Shown here in pieces: positions 36,516 to 46,987 of a stretch of DNA of 64,000 bases (positions are counted from its first letter, which is position 1; each line of letters begins with the position of its first letter). This DNA comes from Candidatus Bathyarchaeia archaeon (GTDB taxonomy: Archaea > Thermoproteota > Bathyarchaeia > 40CM-2-53-6), in assembly GCA_049513715.1 (NCBI GenBank), contig JBEKVV010000008.1, positions 1-64,000 of the forward strand, given 5' to 3'. The notes below the pieces were generated by a model that did not search any database, was not told the origin of the DNA, and saw nothing but the letters and a program-made list of their open reading frames with translations. The translations under genes and the position numbers were made by a program.

Positions 36516-37719
36516 CCATGAATATAGCCAACTTCTCGGTTTGTTTCTCTCTGGAAAAGGACCTGATATCGTTCAATCTCTTAATCGCAAGTGGGAATCG
36601 AAGCAATCCTTTCAAGAGGTTCTTGATCTGAACCGGGTCGGGTCTTACAGTTGCGCCGACATCGTATTTGGCTATCAGGCGGGCTGCTTCCCCGTCTTCC
36701 TCGCCGACATTTATTATTGGCTTTCCGGCAGCCAAATACTCGTATATCTTCCACGTCAGTGTTTGGTTCCATCCAGGAATGCACAGGAGATACTCAACAC
36801 CTTTCATGTAGCTCCAGACTTCACGACGAGGCATGTGGCCAATGATTCTCACGATTGAGTCTAGATTGGATTTCCTCACTTGATCCGCAATCTCGATAGG
36901 AACAAAACCTGTCAGTATGACCTCGAACTTGTCGGATAGCGTGCCGATTTCCTTGGACAGAATCGTAAGCGCTTCCAAGAACCTTAGCATGTGACCAACT
37001 CTGTCTCGATATAGCGAACCTGCGTGAAGTATGTGTATCTTGTGATCCGCGAAGGTGCAAGGTTTAGCATCAAGGATATCAAGGAGGAATCCGTTTCTCA
37101 CTATTTCTGCTCTCTTTCTTTTGGCGATAGGGAAGTCGTCAAACAACATATCTCTTACACCGTCACCGACAGTCACGATCCCATCGGAACATGTCAGGAC
37201 GGCGTTCTCCAACGACATCTCAAGTTTCTTGTGCAGTGCGGACGGATGTGCAACGATGGAATTCCAAGGGTCTCTGTAATCAAGTATCAGGGGTACACCG
37301 TACCTCCTGCTTAGCATGGCTCCAATAATCAAGCTCGACGGCGGAGAGTACGAGGCTAGAATGCAATCTATTTGTTCCCTCTCGATCAATTTTCGGCCGA
37401 GCAGATAAGCATGAGGAATCCATCCAAGCGTCTCGTCAAAAGCAAGAAAGATCCTAGGATCTACACCCAGCTTCTTCAAACCAAAGTAAACCACTTCAAA
37501 TTGCAGATCAACAGCTCTACACACGTGATGGGTATCGAACGGACGGTAAAGTTCAGCGTCGAGCCTCGAGTGCCCGAAATACGGAAACGGGTTCTTTACG
37601 GTAAGAAGAAAGGGTTCCCAATCATAAGCCGGAAGATATTTCATAAACCCGTAGATCCTGTCGCTCGGTGCACTAAGAAGTGGCGGCGACTCGTACGATA
37701 TCAGCAATAGCTTCTTCAA
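36478..37719 (-). CDS. GT4 glycosyltransferase
   Basis: DYRDPW, HAGSLY, KIYEYLAAGKPI. Confidence 0.9.
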   Translation of the reverse strand: MKKLLLISYESPPLLSAPSDRIYGFMKYLPAYDWEPFLLTVKNPFPYFGHSRLDAELYRPFDTHHVCRAVDLQFEVVYFGLKKLGVDPRIFLAFDETLGWIPHAYLLGRKLIEREQIDCILASYSPPSSLIIGAMLSRRYGVPLILDYRDPWNSIVAHPSALHKKLEMSLENAVLTCSDGIVTVGDGVRDMLFDDFPIAKRKRAEIVRNGFLLDILDAKPCTFADHKIHILHAGSLYRDRVGHMLRFLEALTILSKEIGTLSDKFEVILTGFVPIEIADQVRKSNLDSIVRIIGHMPRREVWSYMKGVEYLLCIPGWNQTLTWKIYEYLAAGKPIINVGEEDGEAARLIAKYDVGATVRPDPVQIKNLLKGLLRFPLAIKRLNDIRSFSREKQTEKLAIFMDEIVKGSKRRVQ

Positions 37720-39473
37720 CTTGCAAAAATCACGGACACTTGACTTTCCCCGTTGTCACAGATTTTTCCTACCGAGGGGTTTGAAAGAAAGACCTGAATA
37801 TCTTCTGGAGTGTATCTCTGTAGCTGGGGATACAATTCTTGATAGATCCGCGTAACGCTCGTGTCATATGTGACATAAATTGGGCCTCTAGTACTAGCGT
37901 AGAGAGCTCTTATCTGATCCACGTTCCCGTAGGCGAGATGGTCAGGCAGGGTCGGAACAAGTTCGCGATACCCTCTTTCGGTTTCGTATTCACTCCAGCC
38001 TGATACAGATATGTACAGGTCCTTTGTGCTGTAGCTGTTGAATGGCGCCACCGCAAGCCTGTAGCTCGGGTGGTATTCTTGGATCCACCGCACCGAATAT
38101 ATCATCTCGTAGGTGACTTGGTCATTCGGCCTGATCACATAGGGCGATGGGTAGAGCAAAGCCAAAGACGAGGCCCACAGAAGAACAATAATAGTCAGGG
38201 CCAAGAAGCGAGCAAGTCGAACATCACGAATCCTCCTTACAACGTATAGAAACGTCCAGATCGCTGCTGGCAAGGAACTCAAGACCGCGAACCAGTAAAA
38301 CCTGAAGGGCGTAAATCCTATGTTGCCAACAAGAAGAAGTACAAACGTGAACGCTGAGCTCACGATTGCGAAGGGATACAGGATCCTCAATTTGGTCCGC
38401 AGTCTCGCGTTACCTTTCGCATATTTCGCCATTATTGGATAGCTTAGCACTGCAAGACCCAACACGAGGGCTCCATGACCATACAGTTTTGCCCCGAGCT
38501 CAATTGTGCCTATCAGCGTCAGATTCAGTTTTCCTAGTGTTTGAACCACATCAGTTATTCGCGCCTCGGCAGTGAACATGTTTGACACGGCCGTGACTAC
38601 GTCTCTAAACCAAGCGAAGTAGACAATCCATGCCCCCAGAGTAACTGCTATCAGCACGGACATGCGCCGAAACATTACGGAAAACGGCTTTGTTACGAGC
38701 GCCGAGGCTGCCAACAGTGATATCATGAGCAAGACAGCAGTCAGAGGATGGTAGAGCGGCATTGAGAAGAGGAGTATGATAAGAACCAATGTCCTCGATG
38801 TGGTGAAGGTCCCTAGCAGCAGATACACTACTATGGCGCTCAGTTCCAGTGTCATGAAGAATGGAATCGTATAACCGAAGAACTGGGGGAGCCAGAAAAC
38901 GCAAGCAAGGCCGCGCACCACTCCCGCTGTAAGAGGATCATGATGGTGCTCGATTTGCTTCGCTGCTAATGACGTCCCGAGCGCGAAAATGCCCCACATG
39001 ACAGGGCTCAAGATCGCGAGCACCAAGCGAGGTTCCGTGCCAAGTATGAGAGATAACTGTGAGACCAGTATGTGTGAGAGCGGATAGAAGTCGTTGTAGG
39101 AAGTGGTGCCATTTCTGAGTATATCTACCACATAACCGACGAATGAAGAACTATCATACTGCCCATACATGTAGTAACCCTTAATGGAAGGCAAAGAAAT
39201 GAAGATGACATTCATTACGCAGAAAATCATGGTGATGGTGTTGAATGCCCACAAACGTCCCCTTATCACCCAGACGTATGAGACCACCGCGGCTAGCGCA
39301 AGCGGCACAAATGCGTAAGCATTCAGCCCAGCGTAGATAGAGAGTTCGTAGCCGGAGGATCTTTGCGTAGTAATTGCTAACAGCATTACGGAAAGTGCTC
39401 CCGCGCATGCGACCAATGTCCAGCTCAGAGAATGCTTATCCATCAAACCCAAGCCCTCATTCCTTTCGTCCAT
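37716..39473 (-). CDS. Polytopic membrane protein (Wzy/GT-C-like)
   Basis: About 13 hydrophobic segments, GYELSIY, GQYD...DFYPLSHIL, YHPLT, C-terminal KICDNGE. Confidence 0.65.
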   Translation of the reverse strand: MDERNEGLGLMDKHSLSWTLVACAGALSVMLLAITTQRSSGYELSIYAGLNAYAFVPLALAAVVSYVWVIRGRLWAFNTITMIFCVMNVIFISLPSIKGYYMYGQYDSSSFVGYVVDILRNGTTSYNDFYPLSHILVSQLSLILGTEPRLVLAILSPVMWGIFALGTSLAAKQIEHHHDPLTAGVVRGLACVFWLPQFFGYTIPFFMTLELSAIVVYLLLGTFTTSRTLVLIILLFSMPLYHPLTAVLLMISLLAASALVTKPFSVMFRRMSVLIAVTLGAWIVYFAWFRDVVTAVSNMFTAEARITDVVQTLGKLNLTLIGTIELGAKLYGHGALVLGLAVLSYPIMAKYAKGNARLRTKLRILYPFAIVSSAFTFVLLLVGNIGFTPFRFYWFAVLSSLPAAIWTFLYVVRRIRDVRLARFLALTIIVLLWASSLALLYPSPYVIRPNDQVTYEMIYSVRWIQEYHPSYRLAVAPFNSYSTKDLYISVSGWSEYETERGYRELVPTLPDHLAYGNVDQIRALYASTRGPIYVTYDTSVTRIYQELYPQLQRYTPEDIQVFLSNPSVGKICDNGESQVSVIFAS

Positions 39474-39630
39474 CTAGTATTTCAGCAGTATCAACAAACC
39501 TTTGCCATAGGTCGCGATTTTACGGTTGGTCCCGAAATGATTACTCTTGCAGAGAAATGCAATCGCAGGAGCGCGGAGTTCGGCGAGTTCCCACTCTGCA
39601 ACATTTGAACTGATCGTCATGATCCGTCGG

Positions 39631-40800
39631 TCATGACGATCGCCTTTGTGGCAATGACCGCGCTTGCTTGGCCCAAGCGTCGCGCATTCTTCTGACCAGC
39701 TCGCTTGATGCTCGTTGCCAATCGACTCTCCCTACTATGTCTTCCATTGCCTTTAGAGCGATCTGCTTGCGCTCAGCGGGATTGTTTGCCAAGCGAAGAA
39801 CTGCTCTCGCAAGTCCATCTGAATCTCGCGCTTCGAATGTAAGCCCATTGATACCTTCGGATATCCATTCTGCATTCCCATCGACGGATGTGACCACTAC
39901 GGGGACTCCTAGAAACATGGCTTCAAGAAGACTTGCCGAGGTGCCATCGCTCAGCGATGTGGATAGATAGATGTCGCAGTCCTTCAAATATCCCAAAAGC
40001 TTCCCCCTTGGAACACTTCCTGCAAAATGGACAAACTGTTCAACCTCTAATTCGTGTGCCAGCCTGATGAGTTGAGCAGAAAGTGTACCTGTTCCGAAGA
40101 TCAAGAATCGAAGATTACTAAAACGTTTCAGCATACTCGGAACTGCTCGTATCAGGGTATCTACGGCATACTGCGGTTCATGATTGCGAACACTCACGAC
40201 AATCGTCTTTCCATTCCAGCCCAACCTTCGGCGGAAACTCGGGTCGGAAGTTGTCTTGCGAAAGTCGTTCAAGTCGACCCATGGGAAAGACACGATTTTC
40301 TCTGGAAAGCAGCCCAGGGATAGAACGGCCCTCCTTTGAACCTCGCTATCAACAATCACCAAGTCGGCTGATCTAACGATGAGGGTTGTTATCCAGCGAT
40401 GAAGGGGCGAGTAACCCGGCTCAACTACGACGTCTGATCCATACGCGAATAGTATGAAAGGTCTCCATCGGCACGCTGATGCATAGAGACCGTAGGTCGT
40501 AACGTAGTTACCTATGACTATGTCAGGTTCTAACGAACCAAGACAGACGCGGAATTGAACTATGCGCCAGAACGTTCCAACTGCTATTCTTAGCTTATCC
40601 AGTTTGCGAATTCTTGAGGGCTTTCCGAAATCCGAGAGTCGGACAGTGCGCGTCCCATCTGGAACGTTCGCAGGAGTCGTGAAGGTCAATAAGTAGGTTT
40701 GGAACTGCGACGAAAGGCGTTTGAGGAAGAATGAGTCGTACGGGCTCGTCCCGTCATGGGCGAAGACTAGACGAAGTTGAGTGGAACTAGCTTTGTTCAA
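39631..40800 (-). CDS. GT4 glycosyltransferase
   Basis: YGSDV, STSLSDGTSASLLEAM..GVPVV. Confidence 0.92.
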   Translation of the reverse strand: MNKASSTQLRLVFAHDGTSPYDSFFLKRLSSQFQTYLLTFTTPANVPDGTRTVRLSDFGKPSRIRKLDKLRIAVGTFWRIVQFRVCLGSLEPDIVIGNYVTTYGLYASACRWRPFILFAYGSDVVVEPGYSPLHRWITTLIVRSADLVIVDSEVQRRAVLSLGCFPEKIVSFPWVDLNDFRKTTSDPSFRRRLGWNGKTIVVSVRNHEPQYAVDTLIRAVPSMLKRFSNLRFLIFGTGTLSAQLIRLAHELEVEQFVHFAGSVPRGKLLGYLKDCDIYLSTSLSDGTSASLLEAMFLGVPVVVTSVDGNAEWISEGINGLTFEARDSDGLARAVLRLANNPAERKQIALKAMEDIVGRVDWQRASSELVRRMRDAWAKQARSLPQRRSS

Positions 40801-40839
40801 TGGTCAAGTCCGTGGTTAGATGAAAGGTGCCGGATTGGC

Positions 40840-41733
40840 TTATTCTTGGGAGCCACGAGCATACTCAATGTAGGCAGCAAGACCTTCAGTGAACGGTATC
40901 TTCGGGGACCATTCAAGGAGCTTATCTGCCTTCTCTATACTCGTCTGCACGCCTCTGAAGTCTCCCGGTCTAGGCGGTTCATGTTTGACGGGAATTGGGC
41001 CGAATGTCCCACTGAGCATGTCTACTATTTGTGATATCGTCACGAACTCCTTGCCAGCGAGATTTATGATCTGGTTCTTCGCGGTTTGTTTTAGGACTAA
41101 AGGGTGGGCCTGCGCCAAATCGGCTGTGTAAATCCAACATCGTCCTTGTTCACCCTCACCATAGACTGTTATGGGCTCCTTCCGAATTGCTCTTCGCACA
41201 AACGCTGCAATAGCAGTGTTCGCTCGCATTCTTGGTCCATAGGGTATGTCATACCTTAGTATTGTGTAGGGAAGCGAATGGATTTGGGCAAAAGAGCACA
41301 CTAGATGTTCCTGGCCGATTTTCGTCTTGGTATAGACATCGCTGGGGAACGGAATCGGGGTCTCTTCTGTGACCGTTCCGTTTGCTTTGCCGTAGACCCA
41401 GACTGTGGATGCGAGTATGAATCTCTCTGCCTCTCGTCCTAGACAGGCTCGGATCAAGTTCAGTGTACCTATTTCGTTGACTTGAAGGCATAGCTTTGGG
41501 TCAGTCGCAGCGACGTTGACGTCGGCGATAGCTGCGATGTGAAAGACCGCCTCGACGTCCTGAGTTGCATCATGAACTTCCGTTTCCGAAAGCAAATCGC
41601 CTTTGACCCATTCCGCCTTATCATTCAGGGGCTTGACTTTGTCGAAGACTCGGACGGTGAAACCTTCTGCCAGCAGGGCGTCGACCACGTGGCTCCCTAT
41701 GAACCCTGACCCGCCTGTTACCAACAATACCAA
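40840..41733 (-). CDS. NAD-dependent epimerase/dehydratase
   Basis: TGGSGFIG, ASTVWVYG, YTKTK; start trimmed to TTG 41733. Confidence 0.93.
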   Translation of the reverse strand: MVLLVTGGSGFIGSHVVDALLAEGFTVRVFDKVKPLNDKAEWVKGDLLSETEVHDATQDVEAVFHIAAIADVNVAATDPKLCLQVNEIGTLNLIRACLGREAERFILASTVWVYGKANGTVTEETPIPFPSDVYTKTKIGQEHLVCSFAQIHSLPYTILRYDIPYGPRMRANTAIAAFVRRAIRKEPITVYGEGEQGRCWIYTADLAQAHPLVLKQTAKNQIINLAGKEFVTISQIVDMLSGTFGPIPVKHEPPRPGDFRGVQTSIEKADKLLEWSPKIPFTEGLAAYIEYARGSQE

Positions 41734-41740
41734 GGTTATT

Positions 41741-42877
41741 TCAACTCGCGATCCGTGAGAGGACCTCACGACTCACGTCAACCACGCGTCCAGCTTGCTC
41801 ACCCGTCATCTGACTGAACATCGGTGGGTTGACCATTCTCCTTCCCCACTCCTCAGCCATGTCAAATCGCGCTTGTTCATGCAAGAACTCCCTGAAGGCA
41901 GGTTGTAGATGCAGTGGGGGCCAATAGACCTCTCCCCCAAAAGCTACACCGCGTTCTCTACACAAGGCCTTGAATTTATCTCTGTCCACGTTCTTTGGCA
42001 GGAAAAATGTGTACTTGTAGTAATTGTTCAATTGATTTGCAGGTGTCACTACTCGTTCGAGTCCCAACGTACTGAAACCTTCGTCGTAGGTCCTCGCGAT
42101 AGCATTTCGTTTCTGAATGAACTCGGAGAGTCTGCGGAGCTGAAGTATGCCCAATGCCGCGGATATCTCCGGCATCCGCCAATTGTACCCTAACTTGACT
42201 ATCCGATTGCTGGTGTAACTTTCCTTCCCTTGATCCCTAAGAATATCAGCAGTATCAGCCAAATCCTTGCTATCAGTCGTGATCATGCCTCCCTCTCCTG
42301 AGGTGATTACTTTCGTAGGATAGAAACTAAAACAACCAGCCAACCCGAGGGACCCAGCGGGCTTTCCACCAATCCTAGAGCCATGAGCATGAGCAGCATC
42401 TTCTATCAGGAATAAGCCTCGTTGACTGCAAATTTCTCTGATGGCATCGATCTCTGGGCAGATGATGCCCCCGATGTGAACTGGAATGACTCCTCTAGTT
42501 TTCTCCGTAATCGTTTGCTTTACCGCATTCGAATCAATTGTCATTGTCTTGGGAGAGATGTCTGTCATGACAGGTCTGCCGCCTGCATAAACTACGGCAG
42601 CAGCTGTAGCGGTGAAGGTGTTTGTTGGAACTATTACCTCATCGCCCTTCTTCAAACCATGAGCTCTAAGAGCTATCTCAAGAGCGCTTGTTCCGGAGTT
42701 CACAGCAATCGCGCGTCGTACGCCAGTGAGATTGGCAAATTGCCGCTCAAAATCTCTCGTGTACTCGCCGAGTGTCAACTGCCCTGATGTCAGAATCTTC
42801 ACGAGATGTTCTTTCATCTCTTCAATGTCCTGTTGGGGAAAGTACGGTTTGGTAGGCGGTATGATATCAGAGGACAT
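41741..42877 (-). CDS. DegT/DnrJ/EryC1/StrS sugar aminotransferase
   Basis: NSGTSAL, EDAAHAHG, FSFYPTKVITSGEGG, GYNWRM. Confidence 0.95.
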   Translation of the reverse strand: MSSDIIPPTKPYFPQQDIEEMKEHLVKILTSGQLTLGEYTRDFERQFANLTGVRRAIAVNSGTSALEIALRAHGLKKGDEVIVPTNTFTATAAAVVYAGGRPVMTDISPKTMTIDSNAVKQTITEKTRGVIPVHIGGIICPEIDAIREICSQRGLFLIEDAAHAHGSRIGGKPAGSLGLAGCFSFYPTKVITSGEGGMITTDSKDLADTADILRDQGKESYTSNRIVKLGYNWRMPEISAALGILQLRRLSEFIQKRNAIARTYDEGFSTLGLERVVTPANQLNNYYKYTFFLPKNVDRDKFKALCRERGVAFGGEVYWPPLHLQPAFREFLHEQARFDMAEEWGRRMVNPPMFSQMTGEQAGRVVDVSREVLSRIAS

Positions 42878-42970
42878 TGACCCAAATCTCCACGATTTCA
42901 AGATCCAGCGTCGGTCGCCCCAGCATGCCCTTCAATCTCACTCAATAGTGTCATAAAGGGGTTTGGATTC

Positions 42971-43738
42971 TCAATCAATATCATGAGTTGCTCGATCTTC
43001 ATGAGACAGCTCCTGTTGCCGTTTCCTGTTGGAGTTGAGGAGAGCTTCAGCAAACTCCGAGCGACAAACGGAGAGGAGTTTCTCCGCGTTAGGAATAATA
43101 CAGTGTCCTCCGATGACGCCGGGATGGAACACTGGTCTAGCCTGCTTGCCTTCCCTTTCTGTCGAGCCAACGAACTCGACGACCTGATCGTACTGGGCCT
43201 CTAGTTGCCGACATATTCGGTGAATCTCCTGAAACCAAGACATCATCAGCCCTCGATAGGTGGTTTCGAAGATTTTGCCCATCTCAGTCTCGAGCGGCGA
43301 GGAACAGATGTACGTTTTCATACCCAGAGTTTCGTAGTACTCCTTTGCTTTTGCGCCTGCTTCCGGACTGACCGGGCCGATGAATTTTGTATATTGAAGA
43401 AGCCCTCTCTTCATGCCTTCCGAGATGTTCCCTCGCACCGGTGAATGGCATAGCAGGACTTTCTTTCCTAGGTTCCTGCCTACTTCAAGGGTTGTTCCAG
43501 GGGAAACCGTGGTCTCTACCAGCACGAGCTTAGGCGAAAAGCGTTCAATGTATCGAAGGGAGGACGAAACAAAGTCTGCTCGAGTTTGCTCCGGATACGT
43601 GATGTGCATGATGTCCGGATTCATTTCGACCTTCTTGTCCTCAACATCCAGCCATTCTACTTCCGGATAGACACCTCGAACTACCTCGAAGAGAGGCTTG
43701 CCCACTTCACCATATCCCACAATCAGTATTCTTCTCAC
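42971..43738 (-). CDS. Short nucleotide-sugar dehydrogenase (UDP-glucose/GDP-mannose DH family) lacking the C-terminal domain
   Basis: GYGEVG, ETTVSPGTT, EMGKIFETT, GVIGGHCI; only 255 aa. Confidence 0.85.
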   Translation of the reverse strand: MRRILIVGYGEVGKPLFEVVRGVYPEVEWLDVEDKKVEMNPDIMHITYPEQTRADFVSSSLRYIERFSPKLVLVETTVSPGTTLEVGRNLGKKVLLCHSPVRGNISEGMKRGLLQYTKFIGPVSPEAGAKAKEYYETLGMKTYICSSPLETEMGKIFETTYRGLMMSWFQEIHRICRQLEAQYDQVVEFVGSTEREGKQARPVFHPGVIGGHCIIPNAEKLLSVCRSEFAEALLNSNRKRQQELSHEDRATHDID

Positions 43739-43786
43739 TTGCCCAACCTCACTATCATGACAAGATGGTTCGAAGAAGAACCATTT

Positions 43787-44998
43787 CTAGTTACCGGCGA
43801 ATTCCAGTCCCGTGTACAGATGAAGCAGTATGGCTTGCATTCGATCCCAGTTGTATTCAGTGAGAAACGCTTTCCTACCTGCATTTCCGAGAGCACGAAG
43901 CAACTGCTGGTTGCCCTTGAGTCGCATAAGTTCAGTTGAAAACCGAGTCCGTGCATTCTGGATGACTATTCCGCAGCCCCACTTTCGCGTTATTTCGGCG
44001 GCTAGCGTTCCGTCTCTTACGACCACCGGCACCCCGCATGCCATTGACTCAAAAAGCTTGATCGGCGTGAGAACCTTCGTGTTCGGACCTATGTCGCGGG
44101 TCACTGCGAAGCACAGGTCACTAGCCATGTAGTATGACAACAAATCTTCGCTGGGAACCCAACCTCTGAAATCAAACAGGCTCTCGATATCTTCGCTAAC
44201 TGCTGTATTGATAAGTGGTGCCATGGTCTCTGCGGGGCCCGTGAATACGAATCTGAAGTCTGAAGGGCTGTCTCGTTTGAGGTCGCGAGCAGCGTCTAGG
44301 ATCATGGCCAGATCATAGTCCTGCCTCGCCCGGCCTGAAAAAAGAACCATAAAAGCCGGGAGAAGCCCTAGTTTCCTCCTTGCAGCTAGTTGGTGAATTT
44401 GGGGGATCTCCCAAGTGGCAGGGCAGCAATAGATTACGACAACGGGCACTGTCGCCTTCTGACTCAGGTAGTTGCTAATAGCCTGATTCGCGGCTACGAC
44501 TGCGTCGACCCGGGAGATTAGTGCTAACTCGAGTCGACCAACTATTCCGGCTACGAGAGAGCCATACCACTCTTCATATGCACCCGGTGTCAACTCATGA
44601 CAGTCATAGACTAGGCGTACGCGATCCTTCAACAGCTGCCTCACTGCGACGCATCCTAGTAGGGTGTTGAAATCGTGTGCATGCAAAATCAACGCGCGAG
44701 CTTTCGCGATCGTCCGTATCACCCATAGAAAACTGATTGCTTGGAAGCAAAGTGCCGCCATCAGGTAGTACAGCCTCGAAGAGACCAGCACTGTGGTCCT
44801 GCCGAATTTCATGTTGTGAACAAGGCATTGGTCGATTCTCTCTACGGCTGGCCGTCTTCCTTCTCGATCCCAACACAGAACTTGAACATCAAACCCGGAG
44901 TTTGCCAGCGTACTTGCTTCACGTCTGACTCTGGTGTCGGTTGCGAACGTGTTGGCGACGACCATTGAAACAGCGCGCAAAGTTGTCAAATCATTCAA
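43787..44998 (-). CDS. GT4 glycosyltransferase
   Basis: DTRVRREA, HAHDF, YDCHE, PIKLFESMACGVPV. Confidence 0.92.
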   Translation of the reverse strand: MNDLTTLRAVSMVVANTFATDTRVRREASTLANSGFDVQVLCWDREGRRPAVERIDQCLVHNMKFGRTTVLVSSRLYYLMAALCFQAISFLWVIRTIAKARALILHAHDFNTLLGCVAVRQLLKDRVRLVYDCHELTPGAYEEWYGSLVAGIVGRLELALISRVDAVVAANQAISNYLSQKATVPVVVIYCCPATWEIPQIHQLAARRKLGLLPAFMVLFSGRARQDYDLAMILDAARDLKRDSPSDFRFVFTGPAETMAPLINTAVSEDIESLFDFRGWVPSEDLLSYYMASDLCFAVTRDIGPNTKVLTPIKLFESMACGVPVVVRDGTLAAEITRKWGCGIVIQNARTRFSTELMRLKGNQQLLRALGNAGRKAFLTEYNWDRMQAILLHLYTGLEFAGN

Positions 44999-45008
44999 CT
45001 GCTAGAAG

Positions 45009-45782
45009 CTAGTCCCTCGCGCCGAGGAATAGAAGTAGGAGTGGTGAAATTATTGGCCACCAGTCTTTGAGCGGCTGAATTTTGGAGTAGCCTCCCCTGT
45101 TGCTGAATGGATATGTCTTCGAAACCGGAACCTCTCTCATTCTATACCCCAAGGCCAAAACCTTGTAGTGAAGATAGTACTCAAGGCTGTAACCGTTGAG
45201 CCAAGTCTGATTGAGATTTATTCTAGGATCTCTTAATATGTCGAGCCTATAGCACCGGAAACCATTCGTCACATCAGTACACCTCTTATGGGTAAGCAGT
45301 GTCCAAACCAGTGGGTAGAGTCTGTTGAACAATACCCTGCTAAACGGCATTCTGCTTCTCTTCCCGCCTGGCTGATATCTGGAACCTTGCACATAGTCAC
45401 ACTCGCCTCTAGCCACAGGTTCGATGACTCGGTCAATCTCAGCTGGATCATCCTTTCCATTCCCAGCCATGATCACTGCAAGATCATGGCCGGTCTCTAG
45501 GAGGTACTCTAGACCTTGTCTCAATGAGGACCCCACCCCAGTTCGTCGCCCATTCTTGATGATGTGGACAGTGACACCGATCTCTCTAGCGGCTTCTCTG
45601 ATCTTGTTCATATCTCGTCTCAGGGGAATATCTACCACTAGACAGACTGCGCTGATCGACCCTTTTCTGAAGCCACTCAGAACCCAGCAGACCGTATCGC
45701 TGTCTTGACCATAGATGGGTATCACAGCACCCACCTTTGGTGCAGTCGGGAAGACTTGTGGTTCGGACAACTGAACTGTCAT
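45009..45782 (-). CDS. GT2 glycosyltransferase (DPM1-like, MAGNGKD variant)
   Basis: IMAGNGKDDP, VQGSRY, TDVTNGFR, EVPVSKTYP. Confidence 0.88.
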   Translation of the reverse strand: MTVQLSEPQVFPTAPKVGAVIPIYGQDSDTVCWVLSGFRKGSISAVCLVVDIPLRRDMNKIREAAREIGVTVHIIKNGRRTGVGSSLRQGLEYLLETGHDLAVIMAGNGKDDPAEIDRVIEPVARGECDYVQGSRYQPGGKRSRMPFSRVLFNRLYPLVWTLLTHKRCTDVTNGFRCYRLDILRDPRINLNQTWLNGYSLEYYLHYKVLALGYRMREVPVSKTYPFSNRGGYSKIQPLKDWWPIISPLLLLFLGARD

Positions 45783-46501
45783 TTGACTAGGGACCTAGCT
45801 GGGTTGCCGCAGACAATTGTACCGTCGGGGACGTCACTGATCACCACCGAGCCGGCACCTACCATAGCGCTTCTTCCAATCCTCACCCCTGGGAGGATAA
45901 CTGAATGGGCGCCTACCGATGCGCCACTCCCAACAATTGTCTTGAGGAGCTTCCAATCGCCTTTCACATGAGGGTACTTGTCATTAGTGAAGGTCACGTT
46001 TGGACCTAGGAATACTTGATCTTCGATGATAACGCCGGTCGGTATGTACACATGGGGTTTGATCTTGCAGTTATCTCCCACCGTGACGCCTTCCTCTATA
46101 TATACGAAGGACTCGATCCTGCAATTCCTGCCAATCTTACACTTGTACAGGTTAACATGGTCCCTCACCTCGGTACCCTCCCCGATCTCAGCGTCTACAA
46201 TCTTCGAGAACTTTGGCTGTCTCAGGCTGGCCTGATTTCCCTCGGTAGGGCTAATCGTCTCAGGCCGTAAGTCATCCAACTCTAATGGATCACTTACCTC
46301 TGGCGAAGGGGGCTCGGTGACCATTGTGTACCCTAACCACGTAAGCAGTCCCAACACTCCCAGAAGAGCTACCAACGCGGTTAGTTGAAGGGTCAAGGTT
46401 GTGGCATACAGTAATCCCAGAGCGTACGCCACCATGCAGAGAGGGCCTGCTAGTAGGATCAGGAACCCTACATGCTTGTTATTGACCAGTTTCCCTACCA
46501 C
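45779..46501 (-). CDS. WbpD-like hexapeptide N-acetyltransferase with an N-terminal two-TM domain
   Basis: FLGPNVTFTNDKYP, ILPGVRIG, VGAGSVV, GNPAR; N-terminus homologous to 48854-49111. Confidence 0.9.
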   Translation of the reverse strand: MVGKLVNNKHVGFLILLAGPLCMVAYALGLLYATTLTLQLTALVALLGVLGLLTWLGYTMVTEPPSPEVSDPLELDDLRPETISPTEGNQASLRQPKFSKIVDAEIGEGTEVRDHVNLYKCKIGRNCRIESFVYIEEGVTVGDNCKIKPHVYIPTGVIIEDQVFLGPNVTFTNDKYPHVKGDWKLLKTIVGSGASVGAHSVILPGVRIGRSAMVGAGSVVISDVPDGTIVCGNPARSLVK

Positions 46502-46504
46502 GCA

Positions 46505-46753
46505 CTAACTTGGTTCTCGAATGTGAGGGTTTCTGCGAGTAACATCACGTTGCATGTCTTGGTATTCCTTCAGAAATCTTGAGCCAGACTCGGTGATTTC
46601 ATAGCTAATTCCTTCCTGAGTTGAAACGGTACGCACAAAGCCCGATCTCACGAGCATGTCAGCGTACCTCGCAAGTGTAGCGTTGTCAGCACTTTCCTTA
46701 TTCGAGACATTGCTTGGCTTTGAACCACTACTCGCCATTTCCAAGACCACGAA
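46505..46753 (-). pseudogene. Relic wHTH C-terminus of a Gfo/Idh/MocA-wHTH fusion
   Basis: FVVLEMAS...LVRSGFV...YEITESGSRFLKEY aligns with the C-terminus of 58836-60110. Confidence 0.7.
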
Positions 46754-46986
46754 AGAACTAGAGCTGCCGTGCCGGAGGCTGTTGAAACAGCGATCTTCGT
46801 TCCACAATATCGGGCGAACTCCTCTTCAAACTTGTACACGCTTTCTCCGAGGACGAAGCGTTCATTCTGCAGTGCATGAACCGCTGCCTCTTTCATTTCC
46901 TCGTCGAAAACCGACTTTGCTAGCGGTATCTTCGGTCTCGGCGGGTGGGCGTTCACAGTTGCCTCGGCGGACTGATCCGTATTCAT
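46750..46986 (-). pseudogene. 5' fragment (79 codons) of a DegT aminotransferase
   Basis: KIPLAKSVFDEEMKEAAVHALQNERFVLGESVYKFEEEFARYCGT is near-identical to the N-terminus of 60242-61372; similarity ends at 46750. Confidence 0.9.
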
Positions 46987-46987
46987 G

